Shown: in pieces, positions 7,683 through 16,547 of the stretch
How the letters are laid out: every line of letters begins with the position of its first letter
Position numbering within the stretch: position 1 is the first letter of the stretch
Source: a virus
Lineage: Duplodnaviria > Caudoviricetes
Virus record (IMG/VR): IMGVR_UViG_3300008255_000374
Location: 1-29,163 of that record
Strand: one strand, 5' to 3'
DNA length: 29,163 nucleotides
The notes under the pieces: model-generated
Seen by the model: the letters and a program-made list of their open reading frames with translations, nothing else
What the model was told of the DNA's origin: nothing
The model's database searches: none
Program-made: the position numbers and the translations under genes

Positions 7683-8888
7683 ATGAACGGTCTAGAAATC
7701 CAACTTCGTCCCGCTGATTTAGAATCGGCACTGACTCGCTGTATTCTTCTTCGAGATCCTGCGTTTATTTGGGGACCTCCGGGATGCGGCAAGAGTGAAA
7801 TCATGCGAAAGTTAGCTGAACGACTTGGATACCAGTTTATTGATATCCGAATGTCGCAGATGGACGCAATCGACTTACGTGGTATGCCGATGATTCCGAA
7901 TTCTTCGGAATGGATTCTTGCAGCAGTTTCTCTTATCACAAAAGCTCTGAAGACGTTTTCACCTAAGCAGATTGATAGAGAAATTGAAAAATTCAAAAAT
8001 CGAGATCCCGGTAAACGAGAAATGATTTGGGCACTGCCTGAATTTTTACCGAAGGATCCGAGAACAAAAGCTATCATTTTCTTTGACGAAATGAACCATG
8101 CTTTGCCAACCAACTTGTCGGCGGCATACCAGTTGATCCAGGAACGCAAGTTGGGAAGTTATTCTCTTCCGGACGGGGTCGTTTGTATGGCGGCCGGTAA
8201 CCGAAAAGGCGATTACGGCTCTGATTTTGATTTGCCAGCGCCCTTGACCGATCGATTCACGCACCTTGAGATCAAGGTGAATGTTGATGATTGGATTCAA
8301 TGGGCCATTGCGAATAAAGCCCATCCAGATGTGATCGGTTTTATTAAAAGCAAAGAGGAATATCTTGCTCAATACGATGAACTTGGAAAATCGTACACCT
8401 TCGCAACTCCGCGGTCTTGGTGGAGAATTCATGAACACTTGGATGACACCCAAGGACTCGATGATCAAATTCTTCACGCGATTATCGCTGGTCGGGTCGG
8501 GGCCGGCATCGCAACTGAATTTATGACATACCGAGAAACAACCAAGGATCTTCCGGATCCCGTTAAAGTTCTCACTGGTGAAATCACCACGATGCCGAAT
8601 AAACGAGTTGATTTGCTTTTCTCAATGGCTCTTTCATTGTGTTACAAACTTCGGCAATTCCACGAAGCGTTCGCAAACGATGAACTGTCAGAAAATGAAT
8701 ATAATGTTCTGGCAAATAATTTCCTGAAATTCGTGTCTGAAAACTACGAGAAGAAACTCGACATGCTGATTATGGCCGTCAAGACGGCAATCGTGACTCA
8801 TAAGATCATGTTCGACTATGAATCAATGCCGTACTTTGATGAGTTCTTGGAGAAGCACGGCGACTCGATCTCACAGTACATTCGGTAA
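7683..8888 (+). CDS. MoxR-like AAA+ ATPase
   Basis: Walker A GPPGCGKS, Walker B IIFFDE, sensor AAGNR, arginine finger LTDRF, TPRSW motif; followed by a VWA gene. Confidence 0.9.
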   Translation: MNGLEIQLRPADLESALTRCILLRDPAFIWGPPGCGKSEIMRKLAERLGYQFIDIRMSQMDAIDLRGMPMIPNSSEWILAAVSLITKALKTFSPKQIDREIEKFKNRDPGKREMIWALPEFLPKDPRTKAIIFFDEMNHALPTNLSAAYQLIQERKLGSYSLPDGVVCMAAGNRKGDYGSDFDLPAPLTDRFTHLEIKVNVDDWIQWAIANKAHPDVIGFIKSKEEYLAQYDELGKSYTFATPRSWWRIHEHLDDTQGLDDQILHAIIAGRVGAGIATEFMTYRETTKDLPDPVKVLTGEITTMPNKRVDLLFSMALSLCYKLRQFHEAFANDELSENEYNVLANNFLKFVSENYEKKLDMLIMAVKTAIVTHKIMFDYESMPYFDEFLEKHGDSISQYIR

Positions 8889-8894
8889 AGATTC

Positions 8895-10145
8895 ATGCAA
8901 GCTGACCAAGAAATTCGAAAACTCCTCGAGAAAGCGAAAATTGACGTCCTGTTGAATTTTCCTTTCTATGGGGTGTTGCTGTCGAAAATGCCATTGGTAG
9001 AGGTCAAACGCACACGAACAATGGCAACGGATTATAGGCGAATTTATTACAATCCGGATTTTGTCCGCGGTCTCAAACATGACGAGTTGGTGTTTGCTTT
9101 GGGACATGAAATTCACCATTGTGTTTTCGGACATCACATTCGAAAAAACAATCGAGACCACGAATGGTGGAATATGGCAGGTGATTATGCCATCAATTAT
9201 GATTTGGTAAACATGTCATTTACCCGAACTGATGGAACAAAATTGGTCGGTGTTGGAAAAATCAAATCAGATTGGCTTTATGACAAAAAATATGCAGATT
9301 GGCCAACTGAAAAGATTTATCAGGATCTGGCCGACAATAATGCACCGAAACAGAATACATTGGATGATCATTTGTCGCCTGGCCAAGAAAATTCTGGAGA
9401 AGGGGATGAGCCCTTTGAAGATGATGGCGTTGATGATGGCGAAGAAATTGAAGCCCTTCCAGACGTGCCGATGATGAGTGAATCGGAATTCAATTACGCT
9501 GAACAGCAATTCATTCGAAATATGTTCTACGCTGAACAAGCATGTCCCCCGGGCCAAATTCCCGGAAAGATCAAACGCCATATCAAGGATTTGAAAGAGT
9601 CGAAAAAAGATTGGCGAACAGTTCTTCGATCAAAAGTTGAATCCGCATTCAAACCAAATAAGACTTGGATGAACCCGAGTCGGCGATCCTGGTCGCAGGG
9701 TTTTATTATGCCTGGACCGGCTCCGGAACTCGCGATTGAGGTTGCAATTGCACTTGATCTTTCAGGCTCGATTTCTATCAATCAGGCGAATGATTTGCTG
9801 TCTGAGGTTGCAGGGATTATGCAACAATTCAGACAATACAAGATTTGGCTTTGGACTTTTGATTCCATCGTATACGACAAAACTATGGTACAATTTGATG
9901 AATCGACCGGATTCGATCTTTTGGATTTCAGCCTTCGAGGAGGTGGAGGTACTGATTTTGGAAAGAATTGGTCCTTCATGAAATCCAAAAACATCAAACC
10001 GCATCGTTTCATTATGTTCACGGATGGATATTGTGATTTCAAAGGCTGCGATCCTGATTATGTTGACACCGTTTGGTTGGTTCATTCAAATCCGCATTTC
10101 AAGGCTCCGTTTGGGCTTGCTCTACCATATGAGGAAAGAAAATGA
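8895..10145 (+). CDS. Putative metallopeptidase + VWA domain protein (DUF2201-type)
   Basis: TMATD..RIYYNP, HEIHH (HExxH), WNMAGDYAIN; acidic linker; MIDAS DLSGS, GGGGTDF, FTDG. Confidence 0.88.
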   Translation: MQADQEIRKLLEKAKIDVLLNFPFYGVLLSKMPLVEVKRTRTMATDYRRIYYNPDFVRGLKHDELVFALGHEIHHCVFGHHIRKNNRDHEWWNMAGDYAINYDLVNMSFTRTDGTKLVGVGKIKSDWLYDKKYADWPTEKIYQDLADNNAPKQNTLDDHLSPGQENSGEGDEPFEDDGVDDGEEIEALPDVPMMSESEFNYAEQQFIRNMFYAEQACPPGQIPGKIKRHIKDLKESKKDWRTVLRSKVESAFKPNKTWMNPSRRSWSQGFIMPGPAPELAIEVAIALDLSGSISINQANDLLSEVAGIMQQFRQYKIWLWTFDSIVYDKTMVQFDESTGFDLLDFSLRGGGGTDFGKNWSFMKSKNIKPHRFIMFTDGYCDFKGCDPDYVDTVWLVHSNPHFKAPFGLALPYEERK

Positions 10146-10804
10146 TTATTGATTTTGAAACCGCAAAAATTCGAAAATGGTTGATGGATTTTTCGAAATC
10201 AGGCGCACTTCCTGAATACCTCAAATCCCGAGAGTTCAAAAATCAATACTCGAATATCCGAATCCTTGGAAGTTATTGGGAACACGTTCTTCAGGATGAA
10301 AACTTAAGTCCTCTTATTCGAGAAATTGTATTGGCCTACGAGAAATTCGAAGCTTCGCTGCCGCCTGAAGAGTCAGAAGAGAGAAACCTTTGCAGACGAT
10401 TGGAACAAATAAAAGAATCATTTCAGACTTGTGATTCGAATTTCAGATCACCAACCATTCATTCCGGATATCCTTATGAATCGAATCCGATTTGTGTTCT
10501 TGCTTATGAAGCAAGTCGGGCATTTCATGAAAAGATGGGGGATTCGGCTCCAAGCAGAACTAATGCAATCAATATCTTCATTTTGTCTTTTCTCAAAAAG
10601 CACGGAGATGAGATTTTATCTGCACTTGAACACGATCTCGCACTGCTACATACGTTTATTTCGGACTTACGCGATGTAATGCCGCATTCATCCGATCCGA
10701 AATTGAGAGTCAAAACGGCTGCACTTTATTGTCGTGATGAGTTCATTGTGAGTCAGAGTACACTTCGCACGATTTTGCATCAAATTAAATCAGAATCCAC
10801 TTGA
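10142..10804 (+). CDS. Hypothetical protein
   Basis: 220-aa ORF coupled to the upstream gene by an ATGA overlap with RBS GAGGA; no recognisable motif. Confidence 0.7.
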   Translation: MIIDFETAKIRKWLMDFSKSGALPEYLKSREFKNQYSNIRILGSYWEHVLQDENLSPLIREIVLAYEKFEASLPPEESEERNLCRRLEQIKESFQTCDSNFRSPTIHSGYPYESNPICVLAYEASRAFHEKMGDSAPSRTNAINIFILSFLKKHGDEILSALEHDLALLHTFISDLRDVMPHSSDPKLRVKTAALYCRDEFIVSQSTLRTILHQIKSEST

Positions 10805-10829
10805 TAGATTATCAAGTCGATGTTATAAT
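10799..10829 (+). promoter_or_regulatory. Strong sigma70-type promoter with an inverted repeat over the -35
   Basis: TTGATA (10801-10806)-N17-TATAAT (10824-10829) with extended -10 TG; ACTTGATA-GAT-TATCAAGT (10799-10817). Confidence 0.75.
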
Positions 10830-10853
10830 CTTTTATCAAATAAGGAATCGAAC

Positions 10854-12758
10854 ATGATCGATATTGACAATATCACCATTGACGAACTCGTTGAAATCCT
10901 GACGGAAGCCTCGGATCGTTATTACAACGAAGGCGAGTCTGACCTGTCGGATGCGGAGTTCGATGCCCTCGAAGCCATGTTGAAAGACATGGATCCCTTG
11001 AACCCGTTTCTCCTGGCCACTGGAGCTGATGAACGCGGCGGCAAGGTTCCCCTTCCTGTCGTGATGGGAAGCCTCGATCAACTTTATGAAGGTGAAGTAA
11101 TCGAGTGGGTAACCAAGGCCGGCCTTGTGAAAGAAGAAGTGGTCGTCACCGCTAAGTTGGACGGCACGAGTTCACTTCCCATTTTCAGTGCCGACGGCAA
11201 TTTGCAAATTGCCTTTAGCCGAGGCAACGGCTTCGAAGGTGCTGATATTACTCGTCACCTCCGGTCGATGAAAAATGTTCCGCAGCAAATTCCCAGCGGA
11301 ATGATGATTCGGGGCGAGGTTATTCTCCCCAAAAGCAAATGGGCTGACGTCTGCGACAAAATGGAAGAGCTGACTGGCCGCCGCTACAAGAACGCACGCA
11401 ATTTTGTGGCCGGGATGATGAACAAGAAGGTCGCGCCGGACATCTTTTACGAGACCGTTGATCTCGTGGTGTATGAAATCCTGCACCCCGAAAACTTGGA
11501 TAAGTCGGAGCAGATCAAAATCCTAACGGAAGCTGGATTCAAGGTCGCGCAGTCGCTGACCTTGCCGGCATCCAAGCTCGACGATCCCACACTTCAGAAA
11601 ATGATTGAGCATTGGAAGACGTTCGACTATGAGTTGGACGGCGTCGTGATCGATGTGAACAATGCCGCAGTTCGTAAGAAAATGCCCGCCCGTGCCGGAT
11701 CGAAAAATCCCGGATTCGCGAAGAAATACAAAGTCGGTGCAGTCGACAATGTTGCGGTGTCGAAAGTGGTGGATGTCCACTGGAAAGCATCGAAGCACGG
11801 ATATCTCAAGCCTCGTGTTGAGATCGAACCGATTGATTTGGTCGGGGTGACGATCACTTTTGCCACGGGGTTCAACGCTTCCTTTATCTATCAGAATAAA
11901 ATTGGGCCCGGAGCGCTGATCGAAATTGTTCGCAGTGGCGATGTTATTCCCTACATTACTCGGGTGATTTCTCCGATGCCACTGGAGAATATGAAATATG
12001 ATGAATGGTTCTACAACCAATTCAAAGAATTTGGTGAATACGAGTGGTCAGAAAACGAAGTCGATCTGGTCATGCTAAACGGAAGCGATGATGTCGAGTT
12101 CGAAAAACTCAAATATTTCTTCGGCAAGCTCTCGGTTGAGCACGCCGGGGAAGGTAATATTCGTAAGATGTTTGATGCCGGCTACCGTACCCCGGCGGCG
12201 TGTGTGATCCGGGGTGAGGGAGAATGGAAGAAGCAGGTTGGTGATTCGGCTGGATCGAAAATCTATAACAGCCTGCGCACCCGATTGAATCCAGTAAAAC
12301 CGGAAGTTTTGGCCGCGGCATCTGGGTTGTTTGAACGAGGCATCGGCGAACGTAAGTTAGCACCGATCATCAAAAAGTTTGGCACTTTGGATATTCCTAT
12401 GGCACAGCTTATGACGGTTGAGGGAATTCAAGATCGCACCGCGATGAAAATCGTTGAAGGTTATCCGGCTTTCAAGAAATTTCAAGATGAAATCGCTGGA
12501 TTCTTCGCTTACGCCGAAAAGAAGGAAAAAGTGACGTCTGGAAAATTGGTTGGTGATTACGTGGTGTTTACTGGAATTCGAGACAAGGAGCTTGAAGCGG
12601 CCATGGAAGCCCAGGGTGCAGAAATTGGCAGTAGCATGGGCAAGTGCACTTTGTTGGTGGCCAAGGATCCTAGCAGCAATTCCGGTAAAGCGCAGAAAGC
12701 CCGTGAAGCCGGCGTGAAGATTGTGTCGCATGCAGAAGCGAAGGACTTGGTAGTATGA
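10854..12758 (+). CDS. ligA: NAD-dependent DNA ligase
   Basis: Domain Ia RYYNEGESDLSDAEFD, motif I KLDG, SRGNGFEG.DIT, IRGEV, NARNFVAG, ELDGVVI, RSGDVIP, HhH region, C-terminal BRCT (VVFTG...SGKAQKAREAGVKIV). Confidence 0.95.
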   Translation: MIDIDNITIDELVEILTEASDRYYNEGESDLSDAEFDALEAMLKDMDPLNPFLLATGADERGGKVPLPVVMGSLDQLYEGEVIEWVTKAGLVKEEVVVTAKLDGTSSLPIFSADGNLQIAFSRGNGFEGADITRHLRSMKNVPQQIPSGMMIRGEVILPKSKWADVCDKMEELTGRRYKNARNFVAGMMNKKVAPDIFYETVDLVVYEILHPENLDKSEQIKILTEAGFKVAQSLTLPASKLDDPTLQKMIEHWKTFDYELDGVVIDVNNAAVRKKMPARAGSKNPGFAKKYKVGAVDNVAVSKVVDVHWKASKHGYLKPRVEIEPIDLVGVTITFATGFNASFIYQNKIGPGALIEIVRSGDVIPYITRVISPMPLENMKYDEWFYNQFKEFGEYEWSENEVDLVMLNGSDDVEFEKLKYFFGKLSVEHAGEGNIRKMFDAGYRTPAACVIRGEGEWKKQVGDSAGSKIYNSLRTRLNPVKPEVLAAASGLFERGIGERKLAPIIKKFGTLDIPMAQLMTVEGIQDRTAMKIVEGYPAFKKFQDEIAGFFAYAEKKEKVTSGKLVGDYVVFTGIRDKELEAAMEAQGAEIGSSMGKCTLLVAKDPSSNSGKAQKAREAGVKIVSHAEAKDLVV

Positions 12759-12967
12759 ACACAATTCTAGCGATAATTTTTATTTGCCAGGTTTCCTGTT
12801 CTACTGTGATCCTGAGTAATGAATTTGAAACGATTGATACCTGTCAAAAAGGCATAGATGAGTTGGTTTTAGATTTCAGACGCCGATCTGGTAATCCGAG
12901 TATATCTGGAGCATGCGACATTGGCGATCCACTGACATACCATGTTGGAGCACGTTTGGGTTCCTAA
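12755..12967 (+). CDS. Small putative exported/membrane protein with four cysteines
   Basis: ATGA overlap with the ligase stop; hydrophobic N-terminus MNTILAIIFIC. Confidence 0.55.
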   Translation: MNTILAIIFICQVSCSTVILSNEFETIDTCQKGIDELVLDFRRRSGNPSISGACDIGDPLTYHVGARLGS

Positions 12968-13303
12968 TTATAAAGGTTTGCCTTTGTCTGTGAAGGCAAA
13001 ATTTTCTCCATTCATCACCAAACATGAAAAACCGGATGGCCGTGTCAACCACATTGACCAATATCCTTTTTCATTCATAGCGAATTCCAAGATACCATTA
13101 ATTATGAAGCCGGCTAATTCTCCGTCTAGGGGAATTTTTGCCATACCATAACCGACGAATTTCTGGCCCCCTCCTTCTTTTTCGAGGAATTCTGCCAATT
13201 CTTTTTTGGGAAGGCATACACCTTCTTCGTTCCCAAACGTTGCGAATGCAGGTGTTGCTGATAACAAGAACGAGAATACAGAAGTCAAGATTAACTTTTT
13301 CAT
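12968..13303 (-). CDS. Small secreted protein with signal peptide
   Basis: MKKLILTSVFSFLLSATPAFA classical Sec signal (A-F-A cleavage); RBS AAGGAG; two Cys in the mature part; TAAATA motif upstream. Confidence 0.8.
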   Translation of the reverse strand: MKKLILTSVFSFLLSATPAFATFGNEEGVCLPKKELAEFLEKEGGGQKFVGYGMAKIPLDGELAGFIINGILEFAMNEKGYWSMWLTRPSGFSCLVMNGENFAFTDKGKPL

Positions 13304-13316
13304 TTGTGTCTCCTTT

Positions 13317-13346
13317 TTGACAAAGTATTTATCCTGGTAATAAAAT
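13317..13346. promoter_or_regulatory. Overlapping divergent promoters: sigma70-like (+) and late TAAATA (-)
   Basis: Plus: TTGACA (13317-13322)-N18-TAAAAT (13341-13346). Minus: TAAATA at 13326-13331, inside that spacer. Confidence 0.5.
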
Positions 13347-13352
13347 AACTTG

Positions 13353-14132
13353 ATGAATGATTTCTTAGATTTTGAGTGTGATCGATTCGATGGTATTTTG
13401 GCCGTTGGTGATGTTCATGGCATGTCTGCGCAGTTCGACAAAGTCCTACAAAAAGCCGAAAAAGAGAATTTGTACCTAGTGTCACTTGGTGACATTGTAG
13501 ATTATGGAGAGGACAGTGTCGGATGTGTGACTAAAATGGCACGTTTGGTGGCTGAAAATAAAGGGTTGATGGTCCAAGGGAACCATGAAAGAAAGCTGAC
13601 ACGTTATTTGCAAGGTCTCAAAGAGAATGATGTCAAGGTGAAATTAAAGGGCGGCCTTTTGAAGACGCTTGATCAACTCGAAACACTTTCAGACACTGAA
13701 CTTGATTCTTTTGTTCAGTCGTATTTTTGGTTAATCGATCGATCTCCGTTGATTGCTAGAACACAAAATCTTCTTTTTGTCCACGGTGCCATTGAACCAG
13801 CGTATTGGGTTTCAACCGAATATAAAGGTGCCTTGAATGGTAAAATACGAAACTCAGCTTATTTCGGTCAAGTGATTCAGGGCGAATATACTGAAGACGG
13901 GTATCCTAAGCGCAGATATGAATGGGTAAATAAGATTAAGACTGGTAGGATTGTGGTAGTTGGCCACGATATTCAAAGTCGAGAAGAACCTAAAATCATG
14001 AATAATGGACTCGGTGGAAAAGCAGTTTTTACAGATGCAGGATGTGGTAAGGGAGGTCGTCTTCTAACCTGCACATTGATGCGAATTGAAAACACCTTCG
14101 ACGTAACTGAGTTCACGTATTTCGAATATTGA
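13353..14132 (+). CDS. Calcineurin-like metallophosphoesterase (Pnkp phosphatase / PrpE-like)
   Basis: GDVHG, GDIVDYG, GNHE, VHG, VVGH, DAGCGKGGRL motifs. Confidence 0.9.
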   Translation: MNDFLDFECDRFDGILAVGDVHGMSAQFDKVLQKAEKENLYLVSLGDIVDYGEDSVGCVTKMARLVAENKGLMVQGNHERKLTRYLQGLKENDVKVKLKGGLLKTLDQLETLSDTELDSFVQSYFWLIDRSPLIARTQNLLFVHGAIEPAYWVSTEYKGALNGKIRNSAYFGQVIQGEYTEDGYPKRRYEWVNKIKTGRIVVVGHDIQSREEPKIMNNGLGGKAVFTDAGCGKGGRLLTCTLMRIENTFDVTEFTYFEY

Positions 14133-14169
14133 CAATTAGAATAACTAGAGTACAAAATAAGGAGTGAGC

Positions 14170-14355
14170 ATGGATGCTAGTCCATTAGATGCAAGGGATC
14201 TAGAAAATCTCTGGAAGGCTTTAGACGCCGCAGTTGACCGCGGCGCCTTCAAGCTAGATGAACTCAAAGTGATTGACCCTTTGAACGCGAAGTTGGGAAA
14301 ATTTATCACAGCATATAACGAAATCAAGAAGAAAAAGGTTGATGCTAATGACTGA
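14170..14355 (+). CDS. Small conserved phage protein (GAF..E family), paralog 1
   Basis: RBS TAAGGAG (14158-14164) favours ATG 14170; LDAAVDRGAFKLDEL; similar to the next ORF. Confidence 0.75.
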   Translation: MDASPLDARDLENLWKALDAAVDRGAFKLDELKVIDPLNAKLGKFITAYNEIKKKKVDAND

Positions 14356-14554
14356 TATCCCAGAAGCTGAAGTTCAAGCGCCAGAAGTTGCGCTGAGCAT
14401 GAATACCATCGTGAATTCATTTGCTATCATCGAGAATGCAATTAACAAAGGTGCATTCAATGCACAAGAGTTGCTGCAAGTTCTCCCGGTATATCAGCAA
14501 TTACAATTTTATCTAGAAAGCCAAAAACCAAAACCAAAACAGGAGTCAAAATGA
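14348..14554 (+). CDS. Small conserved phage protein (GAF..E family), paralog 2
   Basis: IENAINKGAFNAQEL; overlaps the previous and next ORFs; exact start uncertain (14339-14348). Confidence 0.75.
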   Translation: MTDIPEAEVQAPEVALSMNTIVNSFAIIENAINKGAFNAQELLQVLPVYQQLQFYLESQKPKPKQESK

Positions 14555-15207
14555 GACATCTAGGAAAGAATAAACACACTGAATCGCGTTATGCGGTCAT
14601 TTCAATGTCCTTGCCGGAAGCACCGGAATATTGTTTGGTAGTCGAATACGATACGTTGCCAATTCGTTATCAGGATGCATTGCTGAATGTTCTGCGTTCA
14701 CCAGAAGGACAGGCCGAAACCAAGCTATTGAATTTGCTTGCTCGTCGTCGTTTCCCAGATGGAGACCTCATGCACTCTGCATTGTTTGCAATGAATCGAA
14801 TGATTAAGCTTCATACTTCGGATGTCATAATGACACCGGACAGAACCAATTCCATAAATCTTCAGGAATTGAATGAGCGTTTAGTGAAACAAACTCAAGA
14901 AGATAGCGCTGCGGTAACTGAAGAGTTGCAAACGATTGAACGCACCAGTCACATTCAGCACAACATCGCAGTTGATTCGTCTGAAGATAGTAAGCGTCGC
15001 GCTTCTAGGCTAATGTTCGAAGCTCAATTGATTCGAGAACAGGCCGAAGCTGATATCACCGATCGCCTTGAACAGGCATACAAGTTGGATCCGTCCTTGC
15101 GTCCAAAAGTTGAACAGATTGCAAGAGCAGAAACTCCAGAGCCTAAACCGGTTCGTCGTACTGCAAAAGCCAAAACAAGATCAAAGAAGACTGAATCGGC
15201 TGCGTAA
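14551..15207 (+). CDS. Conserved hypothetical phage protein
   Basis: RBS AGGAG, ATGA coupling; MRHLG...CLVV...GQ...DG..M...VIMTP...INLQELN pattern with a helical middle and basic tail. Confidence 0.75.
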   Translation: MRHLGKNKHTESRYAVISMSLPEAPEYCLVVEYDTLPIRYQDALLNVLRSPEGQAETKLLNLLARRRFPDGDLMHSALFAMNRMIKLHTSDVIMTPDRTNSINLQELNERLVKQTQEDSAAVTEELQTIERTSHIQHNIAVDSSEDSKRRASRLMFEAQLIREQAEADITDRLEQAYKLDPSLRPKVEQIARAETPEPKPVRRTAKAKTRSKKTESAA

Positions 15208-15494
15208 TGGATAGAATCTCGTGGCAGAAAGTACTCTCAAGAATTTTTGTTGAAGAAATCCCTGAAGAGTTTCTTTCTGGAATAGTAATCCAATTGCATG
15301 ACGGAGGATCTATTACAGTTCAGACTGAAGACGAACTGATTTCAACGATCGAAGCTTTGCAATTTCAATCAGAGAAAGATCCGGTTGAATCAATTGAACT
15401 CGGTATCAATTACACCAAAGTGAAAGAAGTAGCTGAAGCCGATATAGCCAAACTAATGGACCCGATTATCTCGGGAAAGGGAGAAAAAAATTGA
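15207..15494 (+). CDS. Hypothetical phage protein
   Basis: TAATG coupling to the upstream gene; 95 aa. Confidence 0.7.
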   Translation: MDRISWQKVLSRIFVEEIPEEFLSGIVIQLHDGGSITVQTEDELISTIEALQFQSEKDPVESIELGINYTKVKEVAEADIAKLMDPIISGKGEKN

Positions 15495-15546
15495 CATCAC
15501 AACTAAGGTATTATTCAGTCAATCTACCTATTTTTGTGGAGGTTTT

Positions 15547-16434
15547 ATGGTAACTTGGAATGATGTAAAAGATGATCCTAAAGCAATCAAATGCTTAGAT
15601 CATGGTTTCGTAGTCCTTTTGGATTCGATGGGAGATGATAGCACTATTGTTCAGAGTGCTCGTGTTTCGTATGGCAAAGGAACGAAGAAAATTTCGGATG
15701 ATCGACGTCTAATTCGATACCTACTACGGCACCAACATACGACCCCTTTTGAAATGGTCGAATTCCGATTTCTGATGAAATTGCCCATTTTTGTCGCTCG
15801 TCAATTGATTCGGCATCGAACAGCAAGTGTAAATGAATATTCCGGTCGTTATTCTGAGATGCCGAACGAATTTTACATTCCGGAACTTGAAGATTTAGCT
15901 CCACAATCGGCTACGAATCATCAAGGTCGGTCTGGTGATATGGCTGATTCTTTGGCAACTGCTGCACAATTCTATATTGACGACCACTCTAAAGGTGCGT
16001 TTGCTTGCTATCAAGCGTTACTAGGAAATGATGACACCCATCGTGTTCCGATTGATGGCGGTATTGCAAAAGAATTAGCTCGAATGGTATTGCCATTAAA
16101 TAATTATACCGAATGGTATTGGAAAATTGATCTTAAGAATTTGATGCATTTTCTAAAACTAAGAGAAGATTCACACGCACAGAAAGAAATCCAAGTTTTT
16201 GCAAATGCTATTCATGATTTAATTGCGCCATCGATTCCGCTTGCTATGGAAGCTTTCAGAGATTATTGGCAGGAAGCTCATACTTTCTCTAGAATGGAAA
16301 CTGAACTTCTTCAGAAGATGGTAAATTTGGCTTTATCGAACATTCCAAGTTCTGAGGTATCCGAGTGGATTGCCGAAGCCGGTTTGACTGCTAGAGAGGT
16401 TATGGATTTCAAGAAAAAGATCATGCTTGATTAA
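15547..16434 (+). CDS. thyX: Flavin-dependent thymidylate synthase
   Basis: ARVSY, HTTPFEM, PIFVARQLIRHRTASVNEYSGRY (RHRx7S signature), ELARMVLP, FLKLR..HAQKEI. Confidence 0.97.
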   Translation: MVTWNDVKDDPKAIKCLDHGFVVLLDSMGDDSTIVQSARVSYGKGTKKISDDRRLIRYLLRHQHTTPFEMVEFRFLMKLPIFVARQLIRHRTASVNEYSGRYSEMPNEFYIPELEDLAPQSATNHQGRSGDMADSLATAAQFYIDDHSKGAFACYQALLGNDDTHRVPIDGGIAKELARMVLPLNNYTEWYWKIDLKNLMHFLKLREDSHAQKEIQVFANAIHDLIAPSIPLAMEAFRDYWQEAHTFSRMETELLQKMVNLALSNIPSSEVSEWIAEAGLTAREVMDFKKKIMLD

Positions 16435-16492
16435 CTGCTATCATTGAAGAAAATTCACTTTTTCAATAAACAAAATCAACACGTTAGTCGTG

Positions 16493-16529
16493 GGAAAAGG
16501 TGACCCAAGTATCTGTGGTCACCTTTTCC
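16493..16529. terminator. Bidirectional terminator-like hairpin between convergent units
   Basis: Perfect 13-bp stem GGAAAAGGTGACC / GGTCACCTTTTCC with an 11-nt loop, between thyX (+) and the adhesin cluster (-). Confidence 0.75.
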
Positions 16530-16547
16530 GTGTTTACTCAAAAATGC

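Noticed and set aside
7571-8149. Long antisense or alternate-frame ORFs in the track (e.g. 7571-8149, 11523-12020, 20492-21094, 24679-25194)
   Set aside because: They lie wholly over well-supported genes, lack recognisable motifs, and are expected shadows of codon bias.
14129-14158. TTGACA boxes at 14129 and 15491 as sigma70 promoters
   Set aside because: Perfect -35 hexamers but only poor -10 matches at 16-18 nt spacing; possible, but not supportable as features.
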